In this document: positions 1-12,130 of the stretch, piece after piece
Numbering within the stretch: the stretch's first letter is position 1
How the letters are laid out: every line of letters begins with the position of its first letter
Assembly: GCF_006345805.1 (NCBI RefSeq)
Contig: NC_042997.1
Span: 27,342,001 to 27,406,000 of the forward strand
Length of the DNA: 64,000 nt
Direction: 5' to 3'
Origin: Octopus sinensis
Taxonomy: Eukaryota
Program-made: the position numbers and the translations under genes
The notes under the pieces: model-generated
Database searches by the model: none
What the model was told of the DNA's origin: nothing
The model's input: only the letters and a program-made list of their open reading frames with translations

Positions 1-215
1 TTAAAAATGTGATCAGCGTCAGTGCTTAGCTTATTTGCAGAAATAAGTTTGGGCATTCAAGATACCTTCACGGTACATTCGAATCGAGATAAATAAAGGC
101 TTATAACAGGTACGTTTCAAGTGTGGTAGTGTGGATATTTGTGTATTGTGGTTTATGAAACATGTCTAGGTGGAAAACAAATCTTCCTGAATGCCGCCCT
201 TCGAGCGGCGTCAAA

Positions 216-292
<77 letters not shown>

Positions 293-684
293 TGCATTAC
301 AACTTACCACGTACATACACACATACACACACACATATTCCCCCTTTTGTGTTACTATATATATATATATATATATATACAATATATATACAATGCATTT
401 GTAATCTCAATAGTTTCTTACATAATATAAGTGGCGTTTTAAGTTTTACATGTCTAACATCAAATATAACTGCTTTCTTCACGGAAACTCATTTAGTTAA
501 AATACCATTGTTTACTTGGAAAATGTCTGACGTTAACGCATATATGTCTCGTGATTCTATTAAATTTAGTGAGTTGAATGTGCAACGCAGATAATATTGT
601 TTTGTACTATAAAGAGACTTAGGCACTCAACTGATTCGAAATCTGTGTCTGTCAGTTTGTCTGGCTGCCTGCCTGTCTGCCTTC

Positions 685-715
<31 letters not shown>

Positions 716-724
716 GTCTCTCTG

Positions 725-755
<31 letters not shown>

Positions 756-812
756 GTCTTTCTCTCTCTTTCTTAGCGAAGGTGAGGGCAACCCATCTAG
801 GAAAAGGAAATA

Positions 813-1210
813 TCTTTATATATAAAAGAGAGGTTGTGTGTCTGTCTCCTACGATTTAGATTCCTAACTACTCCCACATTTTGCGGTGCAGTTTAACCAA
901 AACCGGGTATCTTATAGTCGTGATTCATATCGAGCCCTTCTGGGTATTAGCTCGCGTCTACGATGAGTCTACGATTTAAAAAAAAAATTACCATCATTTT
1001 TTTCCATTTTAATGCATTTTTTCGCTATTATATAAGGGAAGTAACTTTCTAAAAATTTCTACGATGAGTCAACGATTTTAAAAAAAAATTACCATAATTT
1101 CTTTTCTATTTTTAATGCATTTTTTTGCTATTTTTTGGCTATAATTCTCTAAAAATGCTTATATAGTTATTTCCCTTACAAACCCGAGCAACGCCGGGCG
1201 ATACTGCTAG
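813..1210 (+). mobile_element. Non-autonomous Helitron, family 1, complete
   Basis: Starts A|TCTTTATATATAAAAG; ends with hairpin CCCG-agcaacgc-CGGG then gcgatactgCTAG|T; inserted between A and T with no TSD, matching Helitron termini. Confidence 0.85.
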
Positions 1211-1829
1211 TTTGATATAAAACCAGGTGTTAGTTGATGTGCATTATCAGCATCTACTTACTCCTAGGACAGTCTGGGCTGTGTAGCTTTTGAGTAACTA
1301 AACTAGGAGAAGGCCACTCTGATCCCAAATCTGCGATCGATTTAGCATCTGACACGTGGCACACTGTGCACCAGTACAGATAAATGCTTTTTTTAAAATT
1401 TTTGATAGGGAGAGTGTACACTGTGCCGCACAAACAATCATCACTATAAACAAAACCATGTCCAGGTAGTTCAGCAACATGCTATCAGCAAATACACCAC
1501 CACCACCACCACCCCACCTACACCCAAAAGAAAAAAAAATCCTATGACTATGAAGGGATTGCGATGGGAACAGATGAAGGGTGTCACCAGAAGTTCTTAG
1601 CTTTGAACTTTGCACATAGGTGGTGAAAGGTAGATGGCCATTTTACAAATCTGTGGGTAATTGTGTAATTTGTGTCCTTTCACAGCAAAGCAGCCGTTTA
1701 GGACGAAACTGCTTTCCTCCTATGGAGGAGGGGGGTCAAAAATTGCTTACTCGCATTACTCTTTGTCATTAGGTGCAAATGACTAGATACTCAAACCTGC
1801 GCCAGAAATTTAAGCAAATTGAAAACAAA

Positions 1830-3340
1830 GAACCGTCTTATCTTGGAATGTGTGAACTCTTCAGAACAACAAGAAAATATAGAATGTAGGACTACTTTGG
1901 TTGCCCGTATCTTGAAGGAGAAAACACATCGGAGTAGCAGCTCTTTCACAAACCAGATTAGCTGATTGTGGTCAGCTACAAGAAGCTGATGGTGAATACA
2001 CTTTTTTCTGAATGGGTAAACCCCAGGAAATAAAGAAAGGGGTTTGCTATTCGGAATGATCTGGTGAAACAACTTGAATCTCTGCTTGTCGACATTAGTG
2101 AAAGACTCACGTCAATGCGCATCTGAATTGGCAAAGATAAATATCAACTATTTTCAGCCGCTATGCTTCAACCATGAACTCAAATGAAGTAGTCAAAGAG
2201 CAGTTCTATTCTGACTGTGTAGCCAGTTGAGAGGTGTCTCCATCCATGATTAACTTCTCCTTGATGATTTCAACGCCGCGTAGGTTGTGATACATCCATT
2301 TGGGGTGACGTAGTAGGGAAGCATGGGTTTGGCAAGGCAAACCCAACCGGCCATTTGCTGCTCTCGCTTTGCAGTAAATACGGATTCTTGATTACTAATA
2401 CTATTTTCCGGCTCCCCAACCACCAAACCACTTGGAAGCATCCCTGATCAAACCATTACCACCTTATTGGTTACATAATTGTGAGATTTCCACGAGGAAA
2501 GATGTCCAAGTTACACGTTCTTTCTCCATTGGGGAGCGCTCGTCTGACCATAGACTGATACGATCAAAGGTAAATTTTACAATCTATAGTTCTATTCATA
2601 GCACTCGCACTCGACCAATTCGAAAAATGGATGGGACAAACTGAGGAACAATGACAATTTAACCTCAAACAACCTCTTGACAACAAACTTGCTAGCATCT
2701 CAGACAACACAGATATTGAATCGGCGTGGTCTCCTTTAAAAAACTGCTGTTTTTGAGTCATTTTGTGAAACACTTGGGTATAAGAGTGTTTGACTCAAAT
2801 GATCCAAAAACCTAGCCTCTTTTGGATAATATGCAGAAGTGCCACGGTCAATGGATGTCAAATAGAAATAATGCCATGAAACAATGAGTTTAATGAGGCC
2901 AGAAATACATGCCAATCTCAACTGAGGCACATGAAACAGATATGGTGGCAAAAGAAGGCACAAGAATTGCAAGATGCTGCGGACAGATGTGATTCCAGGT
3001 CATTCTACAAGAATTCAAAGGGTGTTCTGGGACCTGTGTCAAGTGGCTCAACTTCCATAATTTCAACTGAGTGTAATCTTCTGAAAGACAAAAAGGAGGT
3101 CCCGAAGTGCTGGGCAGGGCACTTTTCAAATGTTTCGAATATGGACTCATTTGTTGATGAAGAACTGATCATCAACCTACCACAAAGGCCTGTCTTTGAA
3201 GAGCTGTCAATTGTTCCATCAAATGCTAAAATAAAAAAAAAGGCCATAAAACAGCTTAGGAATGGAAAGTCATCTGGGAACGACGGCATACCGCTGGCTA
3301 AACACTCCTCCTGTAAATGGAAACCTTACCTGCCATTGTG
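1830..3340 (+). mobile_element. Decayed RTE-clade LINE (AP endonuclease and linker), 3'-truncated
   Basis: Frame-broken WNV..L / VAALSQTRL endonuclease start near 1840-1960; TRSF...SDHRLIRSK (ORF 2432); WWQKKAQELQDAAD...FYK and KAIKQLRNGKSSGNDGIP (ORF 2931). Confidence 0.85.
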
Positions 3341-3469
3341 AATTTGTGACACGAAGCAAAGCAAGCCGAGACGTCATCTCAAGAAAACACACAATAAATA
3401 ATCCACAAGCACTCAATGAAACTGAGTCCTAAACTTGTTTCATCTGCCAACAGATTTGCGAAGCACCAG

Positions 3470-3839
3470 CAGGACCAATTCTTCTCCACGACAACGCTCG
3501 GCCGTACGTCGCACAACTGACCCTGCAGAAGTTGAATGAATTGGGTTACGAAACTCTGCCTCATCCGCCAAACTCACCAAATATCTCGCCTACCGACTAC
3601 CTCTTTTTCAAGCACCTCGACAACTTTCTTCGTGAGAAATGCTTCATAAACCAAGACGATGCCAAACACGCCTTCAACGACTTCATCGCCACCAGAACGC
3701 AGGATTTTTACGCTACTCGTTGGCAAAAGTGTGTTGATTCTGATGGTGTTTATTTCGATTAATAAAGTTTTGTCTGAGCCGAGATATGTGCATCTGAATT
3801 TAAAGGTTAAAAACCGCAAGAACTTTCTTGACAACCTAA
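3470..3839 (+). mobile_element. mariner (Hsmar1-like) transposase 3' fragment with right TIR
   Basis: ILLHDNARP...LPHPPNSPNISPTDYLFFKHLDNFL...RWQKCVDSDGVYFD; ends aaaaccgcaagaactttcttgacaacctaa followed by TA. Confidence 0.9.
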
Positions 3840-3840
3840 T

Positions 3841-3883
3841 ACGTATATATATATGTATGTGTGTGTGTGTATGCATGTATATA

Positions 3884-3919
<36 letters not shown>

Positions 3920-3933
3920 TGTATGTATGTATG

Positions 3934-3990
<57 letters not shown>
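3841..3990. repeat. Compound microsatellite (TA/TG/TATG/AAT)
   Basis: Visible tandem di-, tetra- and trinucleotide runs; one of many such tracts. Confidence 0.95.
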
Positions 3991-4584
3991 TGAGGGAATA
4001 TTATTCAAAACTTACAAGGAAAAATTCTTCGGCGTCCAACCACTAAGCTGAACGTCGCCGGTTGTCGTAAAGAATCCACTTTTCATCGCTGAGTCACAAT
4101 CCGGGCGAGAAACGGGTCGTTCTTATTACGTAAAAGAAGGGAAGACGACACTTCAAAACGGCGCTTTTCTTTTCTTTGGTTGTCGTTCAATTCGCGCGGC
4201 ACCCATTTCTCAAGTATTTTTTGTTCTTCTAATCTCTTTCAAGTGGAAATTGATATATTTATCAAATAGTATTACATTTAAATATTACATTTAAGTAAAT
4301 TAGTTTTTATATTAATTGATATTTTGGTCAACTATATTATTGAGTTATATATTAAATCTATAGATACTACATATATATTAATAATATAGTTAGTTTATAT
4401 AATGGGTGTATGTATATTAGACTTTATTTAAATGTTTATTAAATAAATATATTAATTAATAATTTCATTTAATGTATATAGTTTAAAGTGTTGTATTTAG
4501 TTTCCACTAAATAAAGTGTTGTATTTAGTTTCCAAATCACTTGCATAGCAAGTGATTTGATCTGAGATCGTGTGCTGGAACGAA

Positions 4585-4888
4585 AACAATTGCAGCGTGG
4601 ATGGTGTTTGTAAGCCATTTAAGAAACACACAAAAGCCGTTCGATTCACTTCAACATTTAAGTTTAATTTGTCAAAATATTTTCGTCGCTATAAGACCGC
4701 GACCTGTTCACTGACAAAATTCCGTGCTGCATCTGAGCAGTGAACGTTTGAGCATTTGTCAGTGAACAGGTCGCGGTCTTATAGCGACGAAAATATTTCG
4801 ACAAATGAAACTTAAATGTTGAAGTGAATCGAACGGCTTTTGTGTGTTTCTTAAATGGCTTACAAACACCTTCCACGCTGCAATTGTT
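4585..4888. repeat. Foldback inverted repeat, ~134 bp arms and 36 bp spacer
   Basis: 4585-4718 is the reverse complement of 4755-4888 with 3 mismatches by hand; a 12-bp-stem hairpin caaatcacttgc-ata-gcaagtgatttg lies at 4533-4559. Confidence 0.9.
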
Positions 4889-4976
4889 ATACATATTAAA
4901 GAATATACTTATATTTTACAAGATTATTTACGTATATTTATTGATTAATTATTTTATTATTGTAGTTATCTTTAAC

Positions 4977-5070
4977 CTGATGAGTGGCTAAATTTATATT
5001 GAAGTGATTTTACTACTACTACTAATATTTTTACTATAATGGTTTCTTAAATATAGCCACCAAACACGTG
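4977..5070 (+). ncRNA. Degenerate hammerhead ribozyme-like motif
   Basis: CTGATGA, stem gtggcta...tagccac, then caaac (canonical GAAAC) and palindromic cacgtg. Confidence 0.4.
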
Positions 5071-5368
5071 CCATTACTCTACGAAATATATACGTTTTAT
5101 TTATTATTTTGCACATTACTTAATCATCGTTATATATTTTATCTTATATTTAATCTTTCTATAATATGTAATTTTCTAGATGGTATAATTTAATTTTTCA
5201 TTATTGAATTGTTAAAAGGTGGGCTTTTTTTCTAATTTATATATATATATATTTCATCTTTTACTTATTCCAGTCATTAGAGTGCGGCCATACTGTGGCA
5301 TCACCTGAGAGATTTTTCATTTGACTGCATCGACCCCAGTACTTATTTTCAAAGCCTTATTTTTAAAG

Positions 5369-5463
<95 letters not shown>

Positions 5464-5678
5464 TAGATATATAAGTCATTAATTAAAAAATCTTAGGGTA
5501 GCAAACATATTTATCGAAAAATTCTTTGTTACCAGTCGTCTAGCGAGAAGGAAAAAAATTGTCAATAGACTATACATTATTCAAAGAAGGATACAGTGTA
5601 CACTGTATCCTTTTCTCTCTCTCTCTCTCTCTTTATATATATATATATATAAAGAGAGAGAGAGAGAGAGAGAGAAAA

Positions 5679-5722
<44 letters not shown>

Positions 5723-6100
5723 GATATTGATTTGTTCGACAAACTCTTCAATGCGATGCCCCAGCATGTCCACGGTGCAATGTCTGAAACAAGTAGAAGA
5801 TAAAAAATGCATTGGAATTTCCTTATCTTCGTTCTCTTATCTGAGAATTCAACATATCTCTCACTAATTACCTCTCTTTATTATTCTTTTCAAAGATGGT
5901 CACCGTTGTCTATTACTTCTAAGTGATTCTAAGTAAATAATGCAATATGCAGATGAAGTGAAATGGCTTACATCAGCTTTACCTGTACAGCCATCCCAAC
6001 ATCAGAAAGCTCTTGAACGTCAGCAATTAAGTCAAAGATTCTTTATATGATTTCGTGTGTTGAAGCATATTCTGTTGTACTAGGCTTGCAAAGAATAATG

Positions 6101-6511
6101 CTATTGTTAGTCCCAGCATGCTTGGTGCACGTTTGAACTGGGGGGCAAGCCTCTCACTGCGTTTTGTCACGGTGAATATATCTTGCTTGTTGATAAATGC
6201 TGTGTAATGTACCTACGGTGAACTGCCGTATAGCGCAGCCGGTCACCCTACGGTGACTGGAAGAACATGAGAGAAGTAATCTCTTAATTCAAGCTCGCAG
6301 TGCCGTCTGCTTAGTGTGTGTGTAACCAATGGGAGACAACTACTAGGAAATGTTAATATCTCACAGTCTCACAGTCTATGTAGGTGGCGCTGCGTGCTGA
6401 TCTAGGTGTATATGCAAATATTATCAACAAGCGAGATATCCGTGACGAAATACAGTGAGAAGCTTGTTCCCCAGTTCGAACGTGCATCAAACATATTCGG
6501 ACTGACAATAA
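6101..6511. mobile_element. Diverged MITE-like element with ~90 bp imperfect inverted ends
   Basis: 6101-6198 (..gcacgtttgaactggggg..gtcacgg..cttgttgataa) is approximately the reverse complement of 6418-6511; related fragments at ~7820-7892 and ~9570-9660. Confidence 0.55.
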
Positions 6512-6824
6512 GATTGCTCTTTCACTTATCACTACCACGCACTCTCCTCTCTAATTTATAACGATTAAGTCCTGGAATTGATTTCTCCGACTAAAATACC
6601 ATGTATAGTAGTTCTTCAGCATAGCCGCAGTCAAATGATTGAAACAGCTAAATTAATAAAAGGATATAATCAGATTTCTCGTGCTGGAAAAAATAAAAGT
6701 AAAAGGGGAAGTAATAGACCATGTTTTTTTTATTTTATCGCACTCCACATAACAAGATATGAAGTTGCCTCCCCTACATTCATTAACTGGATACTTTGTA
6801 TTAACATTACACGAACACTAGAAG

Positions 6825-7255
6825 ACAGCAAGCTGGTAGAATTGTTAGCACGTCAAATCGCCCCTTGTGGGTAATAAAAAATCAGAATCGTTAGCACGCC
6901 GAGCGAAATGCGTAGCTGTATTCGTCTGCCGTTACGTTCTGAGTTCAAATTCCGCCGAGGTCGACTTTCCTTTCATCCATTCGGTGTCGATAAATTAAGT
7001 ACCAGTTACGCACTGGGGTCGATGTAATCGACTTAATCCGTTTGTCTGTCCTTGTTTGTCTCATCTATGGTTAGCCCCTTGTGGGTAGTAAAGAAATAGG
7101 TATTTCGTCGGCTGCTATGTTCTAAGCTCAAATTCCACCGAGGTCGACTTTACTTTTCATCCTTTCGGGGTCGATAAATTAAGTACTATTGACAATCTTA
7201 TCGACTGGCCCCCTCCACGAAATTTTCGGGCTTTGTGCCTAGAGTAGAAAAGATT
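6825..7255 (+). mobile_element. SINE family B, dimer
   Basis: gttagcacgccgagcgaaatg...gagttcaaattccgccgaggtcgac...gtagtaaagaaatag|gtatttcgtc junction, then a second body ending in an alternative tail. Confidence 0.85.
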
Positions 7256-7456
7256 GTCACAAAACAAATTTATGTTGTCAATAATCGAAATATAAACAAA
7301 AGTTCTCATATGAATTCAGTAGTTTCCTAAAATATTTTTTCGTATATGTCAAAGCTTTAATGGCTGCCAGCACTTTGGCAATTTGTCTTCTTCGTTTGTT
7401 TCGATAATATGTTACTGCTGATTGCACTCTTACGATATCAGAAGGGAATATATTCT

Positions 7457-7820
7457 TTTATTCTTTTATTTGTTTCAGTCATTTGACCGCGGAATTGCTG
7501 GAGCACTGCCTTAAAGATTTTAGTCGATGAATTCGACCCCTGGACTTATACTTTGTAAGCCTAGTACTTATTCTATCGGTCTCTTTTGTCGAGCCGCTAC
7601 CTTACATGGACGTAAAAACACCAACATCGGTTGGCAAGTGATCGTGGAGAGACAAACACTGACACACACACATATATACGACGGGTTTCTTTCCATTTCC
7701 GCCTACCAAATCCATTCACAAGGCTGTGGTCGGCCCGAGGATATAGAAAAAGGGTCCTGCCCAGGGTGCCACGCAGATCGACAGAACCGGGAACCATGTG
7801 ATTGGGGAACAACCATCACA
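7457..7820 (-). mobile_element. SINE family A (tRNA-like head), diverged
   Basis: Matches the tail, (CA)n middle and head of the copies at 8476, 40612, 47972 and 53850. Confidence 0.8.
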
Positions 7821-7904
7821 CTTTATTTTGTCACGGATGTCTCGCTTGCTGACAAAATTTGCGTATACACCTAGATCAGCTCGCAGCGCCACCTTGAAGG
7901 GTTT

Positions 7905-8285
7905 ACTCTTTTACTCTATTACTTTGTAAGCCCAGTACTTATTCTATCGGTCTCTTTTGCCGAACCGCTAAGTTACGGGAACGTAAACACACCAGCATCG
8001 GTTGTCAAGCAATATATACACACACATACATATATACATATATATACACCCACATGCATATATACATATATACGACAGGCTTCTTTATACGATATATACA
8101 CACACTTACATATATACACATATACGACAGGCTTCTTTCAGTTTCCGTCTACCAAATCCACTCACAAGCATTGGTCGGCCGGGGCTATAGCAGAAGACAT
8201 ATGCCCAAGATGCCACGCAGTGGGACTGAATCCGGAACCATGTGGTTGGTAAGCAGCTACTTACCACACAGCCACTCCTGCGCCT
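7905..8285 (-). mobile_element. SINE family A
   Basis: Reverse strand reads ggagtggctgtgtggtaagtag...ggttccggattcagtccc (A/B-box-like), then the body and a microsatellite middle. Confidence 0.9.
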
Positions 8286-8315
8286 ATTTGTCGAACAAAT
8301 CAATATCCTATTATA

Positions 8316-8359
<44 letters not shown>

Positions 8360-8475
8360 CTTAAAATAAGGCTTAAAAATAAATACTGGGGTCAATACAT
8401 TCAAATGAAAATCGCTCAGGTGATGCCACAGCATGGCCGCAGTCTAATGACTGCAATAAGTAAGAGATAAAAAAA

Positions 8476-8878
8476 GGAGTGGCTGTGTGGTAAGTAGCTT
8501 GCTAACCAACCACATGGTTCCGGGTTCAGTCCCACTGCGTGGCATCTTGGGCAGGTGTCTTCTGCTATAGCCCCGGGCCGACCAATGCCTTGAGAGTGGA
8601 TTTGGCAGACGGAAACTAAAAGAAGCCTGTCGTATATATGTATATATGCATGTATGTGTGTGTGTTTGTGTGTCTGTGTTTGTTCCCCTAGCATTGCTTG
8701 ACAACCGATGCTGGTGTGTTTACGTCCCCGTAACTTAGCGGTTCGGCAAAAAGAGACCGATAGAATAAGTACTGGGCTTACAAAAAGAATAAGTTCCGGG
8801 GTCGAGTTGCTCGACTAAAGGTGGTGCTCCAGCATGGCCGCAGTCAAATGACTGAAACAAGTGAAAGAGTAAAGAGTA

Positions 8879-8879
<1 letters not shown>
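8476..8879 (+). mobile_element. SINE family A, full length
   Basis: GGAGTGGCTGTGTGG (A-box-like) and GGTTCAGTCC (B-box-like); CORE-like tggcatcttgggcaggtgtc; tail ...gactgaaacaagtgaaagagtaaagag. Confidence 0.9.
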
Positions 8880-8920
<41 letters not shown>

Positions 8921-9835
8921 ATTATATATATATATATATTTATTTATATAAGGAATTTGTTATATTTTATGTAAATATATATACGTGCAAAATTTGACTG
9001 AAGACCGCTGTTGCTACCAGCGGTTCTTTTTAGTATAAGAGGCAGAGAGAAATAGGGTTTGCTAAGAAATAGATTTGGGGTAGAAATCACCCTCAAAAGG
9101 AGAAAATCGCTGAAAGAGACACTTTTTTTCTTCATATACTTATTTTAATATGCTTCTATATCATTCATTCTTATTTTTTGTATTTCTTTTTTTTCTTTTT
9201 GCAAGCAGATGCAGATGAATTTAAATTTATTTCATTCTAATGTGGAAGCTATTAAAGCAGCACAATCTGAGGTAAATCTACATGAGATAAATTAGAAAAC
9301 GCTTGAACAAGGTTCCAATTTTTTTTTTTTTTTTTTTGCAATCAGTAAGTTCAAATCCCACCTCTGTCAATGACGCCCAAAAACGGTCAAAAAAGCAATT
9401 TTTTTTCCAAAGAAAAAATTATAGGATTCCGTTCCTTTTTTTTTTTTGTTAAAAAATATTAGTTCCTCTGAAGAGGGAACGCACACACACACATTAGATA
9501 TCCCTGTAGAGCTCTGTAAAAAAAGGCAACAAGCACAATTTTTCCGTACAAAACCCCACTTATAATATTATCAGTCCGAGTATGCTTGATACACGTTCGA
9601 ACTGGGGAACACGCTACACGCTGCGGTTTGTCACGGTAGATATCTCTCGCTTATTGAACAGCCGTAAGTTGCCTCCCTTAGCTAAAAAAAACCTGAAAAC
9701 TGCGCGACTCGAGCTCGTTTGCGAAGTTATTTTTGTAGTAAAAAAGAGTTGTGCAAAAAACATGTTTTATTTAGTAGACGTAGATAACTGAATCTTTTTA
9801 TACGTTATACTTCAAAATCGGCAACTCGGTTTTTG

Positions 9836-9874
<39 letters not shown>

Positions 9875-9888
9875 ACTCAGTTTTATTA

Positions 9889-10270
9889 TCTTTATATATA
9901 AAAGTAAGGTTGTGTGTCTGTCTACTCCAATTTAGATTCCTAACTACTCCCACATTTTGCGGTGCAGTTTAACCAAAACCGGGTATCTTATAGTCGTGAT
10001 TCATATCAAGCCCTTCTGCGTATTAGCGCGCGTCTACAATGAGTCTACGATTTTAAAAATAATTTACTATCATTTTTTTCCATTTTAATGCAAATTTTAA
10101 TATAAGGGAAGTAACTCTCTAAAAATGTCTACGATGTGTCAACGATTTAAAAAAAATTTACCATAATTTTTTTTTCCATTTTTAATGCATTTTTGCTATT
10201 TTTTGGCTATAACTCTCTAAAAATGCTTTATAGTTATTTCCCTTACAAACCCGAGCAACGCCGGGCGATA
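9889..10270 (+). mobile_element. Non-autonomous Helitron, family 1, lacking terminal CTAG
   Basis: Colinear with 813-1210 from A|TCTTTATATATAAAAG to cccgagcaacgccgggcgata; the final ctgctag is missing. Confidence 0.85.
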
Positions 10271-11764
10271 ATAAAGCAAAAAAGTCCTTTTCATTACTGC
10301 ATCATTTTCAACAAAAATCGAGTTAGAGTGCTCTACCGCATTGAACTAGAACGCGTGTTACCTTTCAGCAATCAAAAACAAAAATGGGACAAACGTTGTG
10401 GGCGGAAATACGATGGTGATTGAGGAGACCTGACATTATATTTTAGCGTTGAATTTTGACCAAACGTACGAAAATAACGCTCACATCCAGATCTTTCAAG
10501 TGATATTTAATTGTCCACAAAAAAAAAATGTATTTTTAACATGAGAACGATCAAACAAAAAGTGGGGTTTTGCGTGCTCGGACTGTGCGTGCCTTCCCTT
10601 CTTCGAAGTTCTCCAGGGGTAAGTATTAAATGCATTGTAAAACTCCAATCTCACAGAAAGGATTTAGTTTTATACTCCATGCTAGAGCATCAAAATCGAA
10701 CCTTCTACAGGTAATGGATCACAATGTTGCCATGTCTGAAAATGCATGAAAAATTTGCGATCACTTTCAAACAGTGTTATTTAATAGTCGGAGTCGCGGA
10801 TTAGGACGCCCACATAAGTTCCATTTTCTCCGTTTTGAAGGGGATTTCTCCAGTTTTCTTTTCGCCATGCCCTTGGAAATGATGGCGGGAAGCTTTGCCT
10901 GAAAGATATTTTTGAAAATTTGTTATTCCCCATCCCGCTTCGCACCGTTATTGACCAATTTTGTTTGCACTATACACTTCAAAATGACGGAGGCAAACCT
11001 TTTGGTTATAAAAAAATATTTTCTGTAGAAAAGGTGTGTGATTTAAGGGAGATTTAGCTATTGTTTCTAGCACATCGCACGACTACCAGCTACCTTCTTC
11101 ATTTATCCCTTAGACATGTGTTGATTTTTTTAAATACTTTTCTTTCCAAAAGCACCTTTGATGGAACAATGACGTAAAAGAAACACACAGCTTCTGTTTA
11201 GTCCAAGGGTGTTCCATTGCTGGAATTTAAACAAAAAAATTTGTAATTTAAATTTTTACCTCTCCACTGCACCGAGCAGGCTCTCCGATATTTTAAATTT
11301 ATAAACAGAAACAAAGGTGGGTGGGGCGATGGAAAACTCAAGCGTTTTTTAAAATTTTGTTCGCGAAAAGCGACACGGGGGAAAAAGAAATTGAAAAAAT
11401 CCCCGTTAAAAGATAATGCAACGTATGTGGACGTCCTGATTTGAATATCCACCTAGCCATTGTTAGTAATATATTAATACTTTATTAAAACGGTACCATG
11501 TCCCGAAAACTCAAGATTTATTTAGCTAAATATCTACTACAAATGTGCCACAACTGAAGTCCCTGTAGCTTGTATTTTTGATTTAGCTAGATATGAAGAC
11601 ACATGAAAAGTTTCCCTTCGCGTCGCCAAATCGGGTGTTTATTACGTCCAATAAAATAGAATTTTTACAAATATCTAAACGGTTGCTCCTTAGAAATTTT
11701 ATTTTCAAGAAACTGAAGAAATAAAGAATAAAAAAAGTTAAATGTTATTAAATACATGTATATA

Positions 11765-12130
11765 TTTATAATAATAATAATGAAATTATTGTATACAGTG
11801 CTCACGTGCACCACAACTTGTCAAATGTGCGTATAAAACACATGCAATAATGTACAAATGTCTGGGAAGTGAACAGTGTATGAGTCAGATACATGCTTGC
11901 GTGTGTAAGAAGGGGAGAAATTCAGGTGTAGTGTTGACGAATCTCAGGAAGCATGGAAGTTTTGAAGGATGCAGTGGTCCGACAACTAACAACTGATGCG
12001 GGCAGTTTGTTCCATACTTCCGCAACTCTTAGCGTGAAAAAATGTTTCTGAAAGTCATGGGAGCTGTGCTGCTTTCTGACTTTGTAAACATGTCCACGGG
12101 TGTTAGACAGGTGGAGTTTTAACAGTTTGA
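11765..12130 (-). mobile_element. CR1/L2-type LINE 3' end
   Basis: Reverse strand encodes TRGHVYKVRKQHSSHDFQKHFFTLRVAEVWNKLPASVV; 3' UTR ends in (ATT)n; same family as 16745. Confidence 0.8.

Noticed and set aside
139-594. Long ORFs rich in [20 protein letters not shown] or poly-L/N/D (here and throughout the track)
   Set aside because: They are translations of microsatellites, which lack stops in some frames.
10270-11740. Possible non-autonomous DNA transposon
   Set aside because: I could not find TIRs, a TSD or a second copy in the window, so it is left unannotated.
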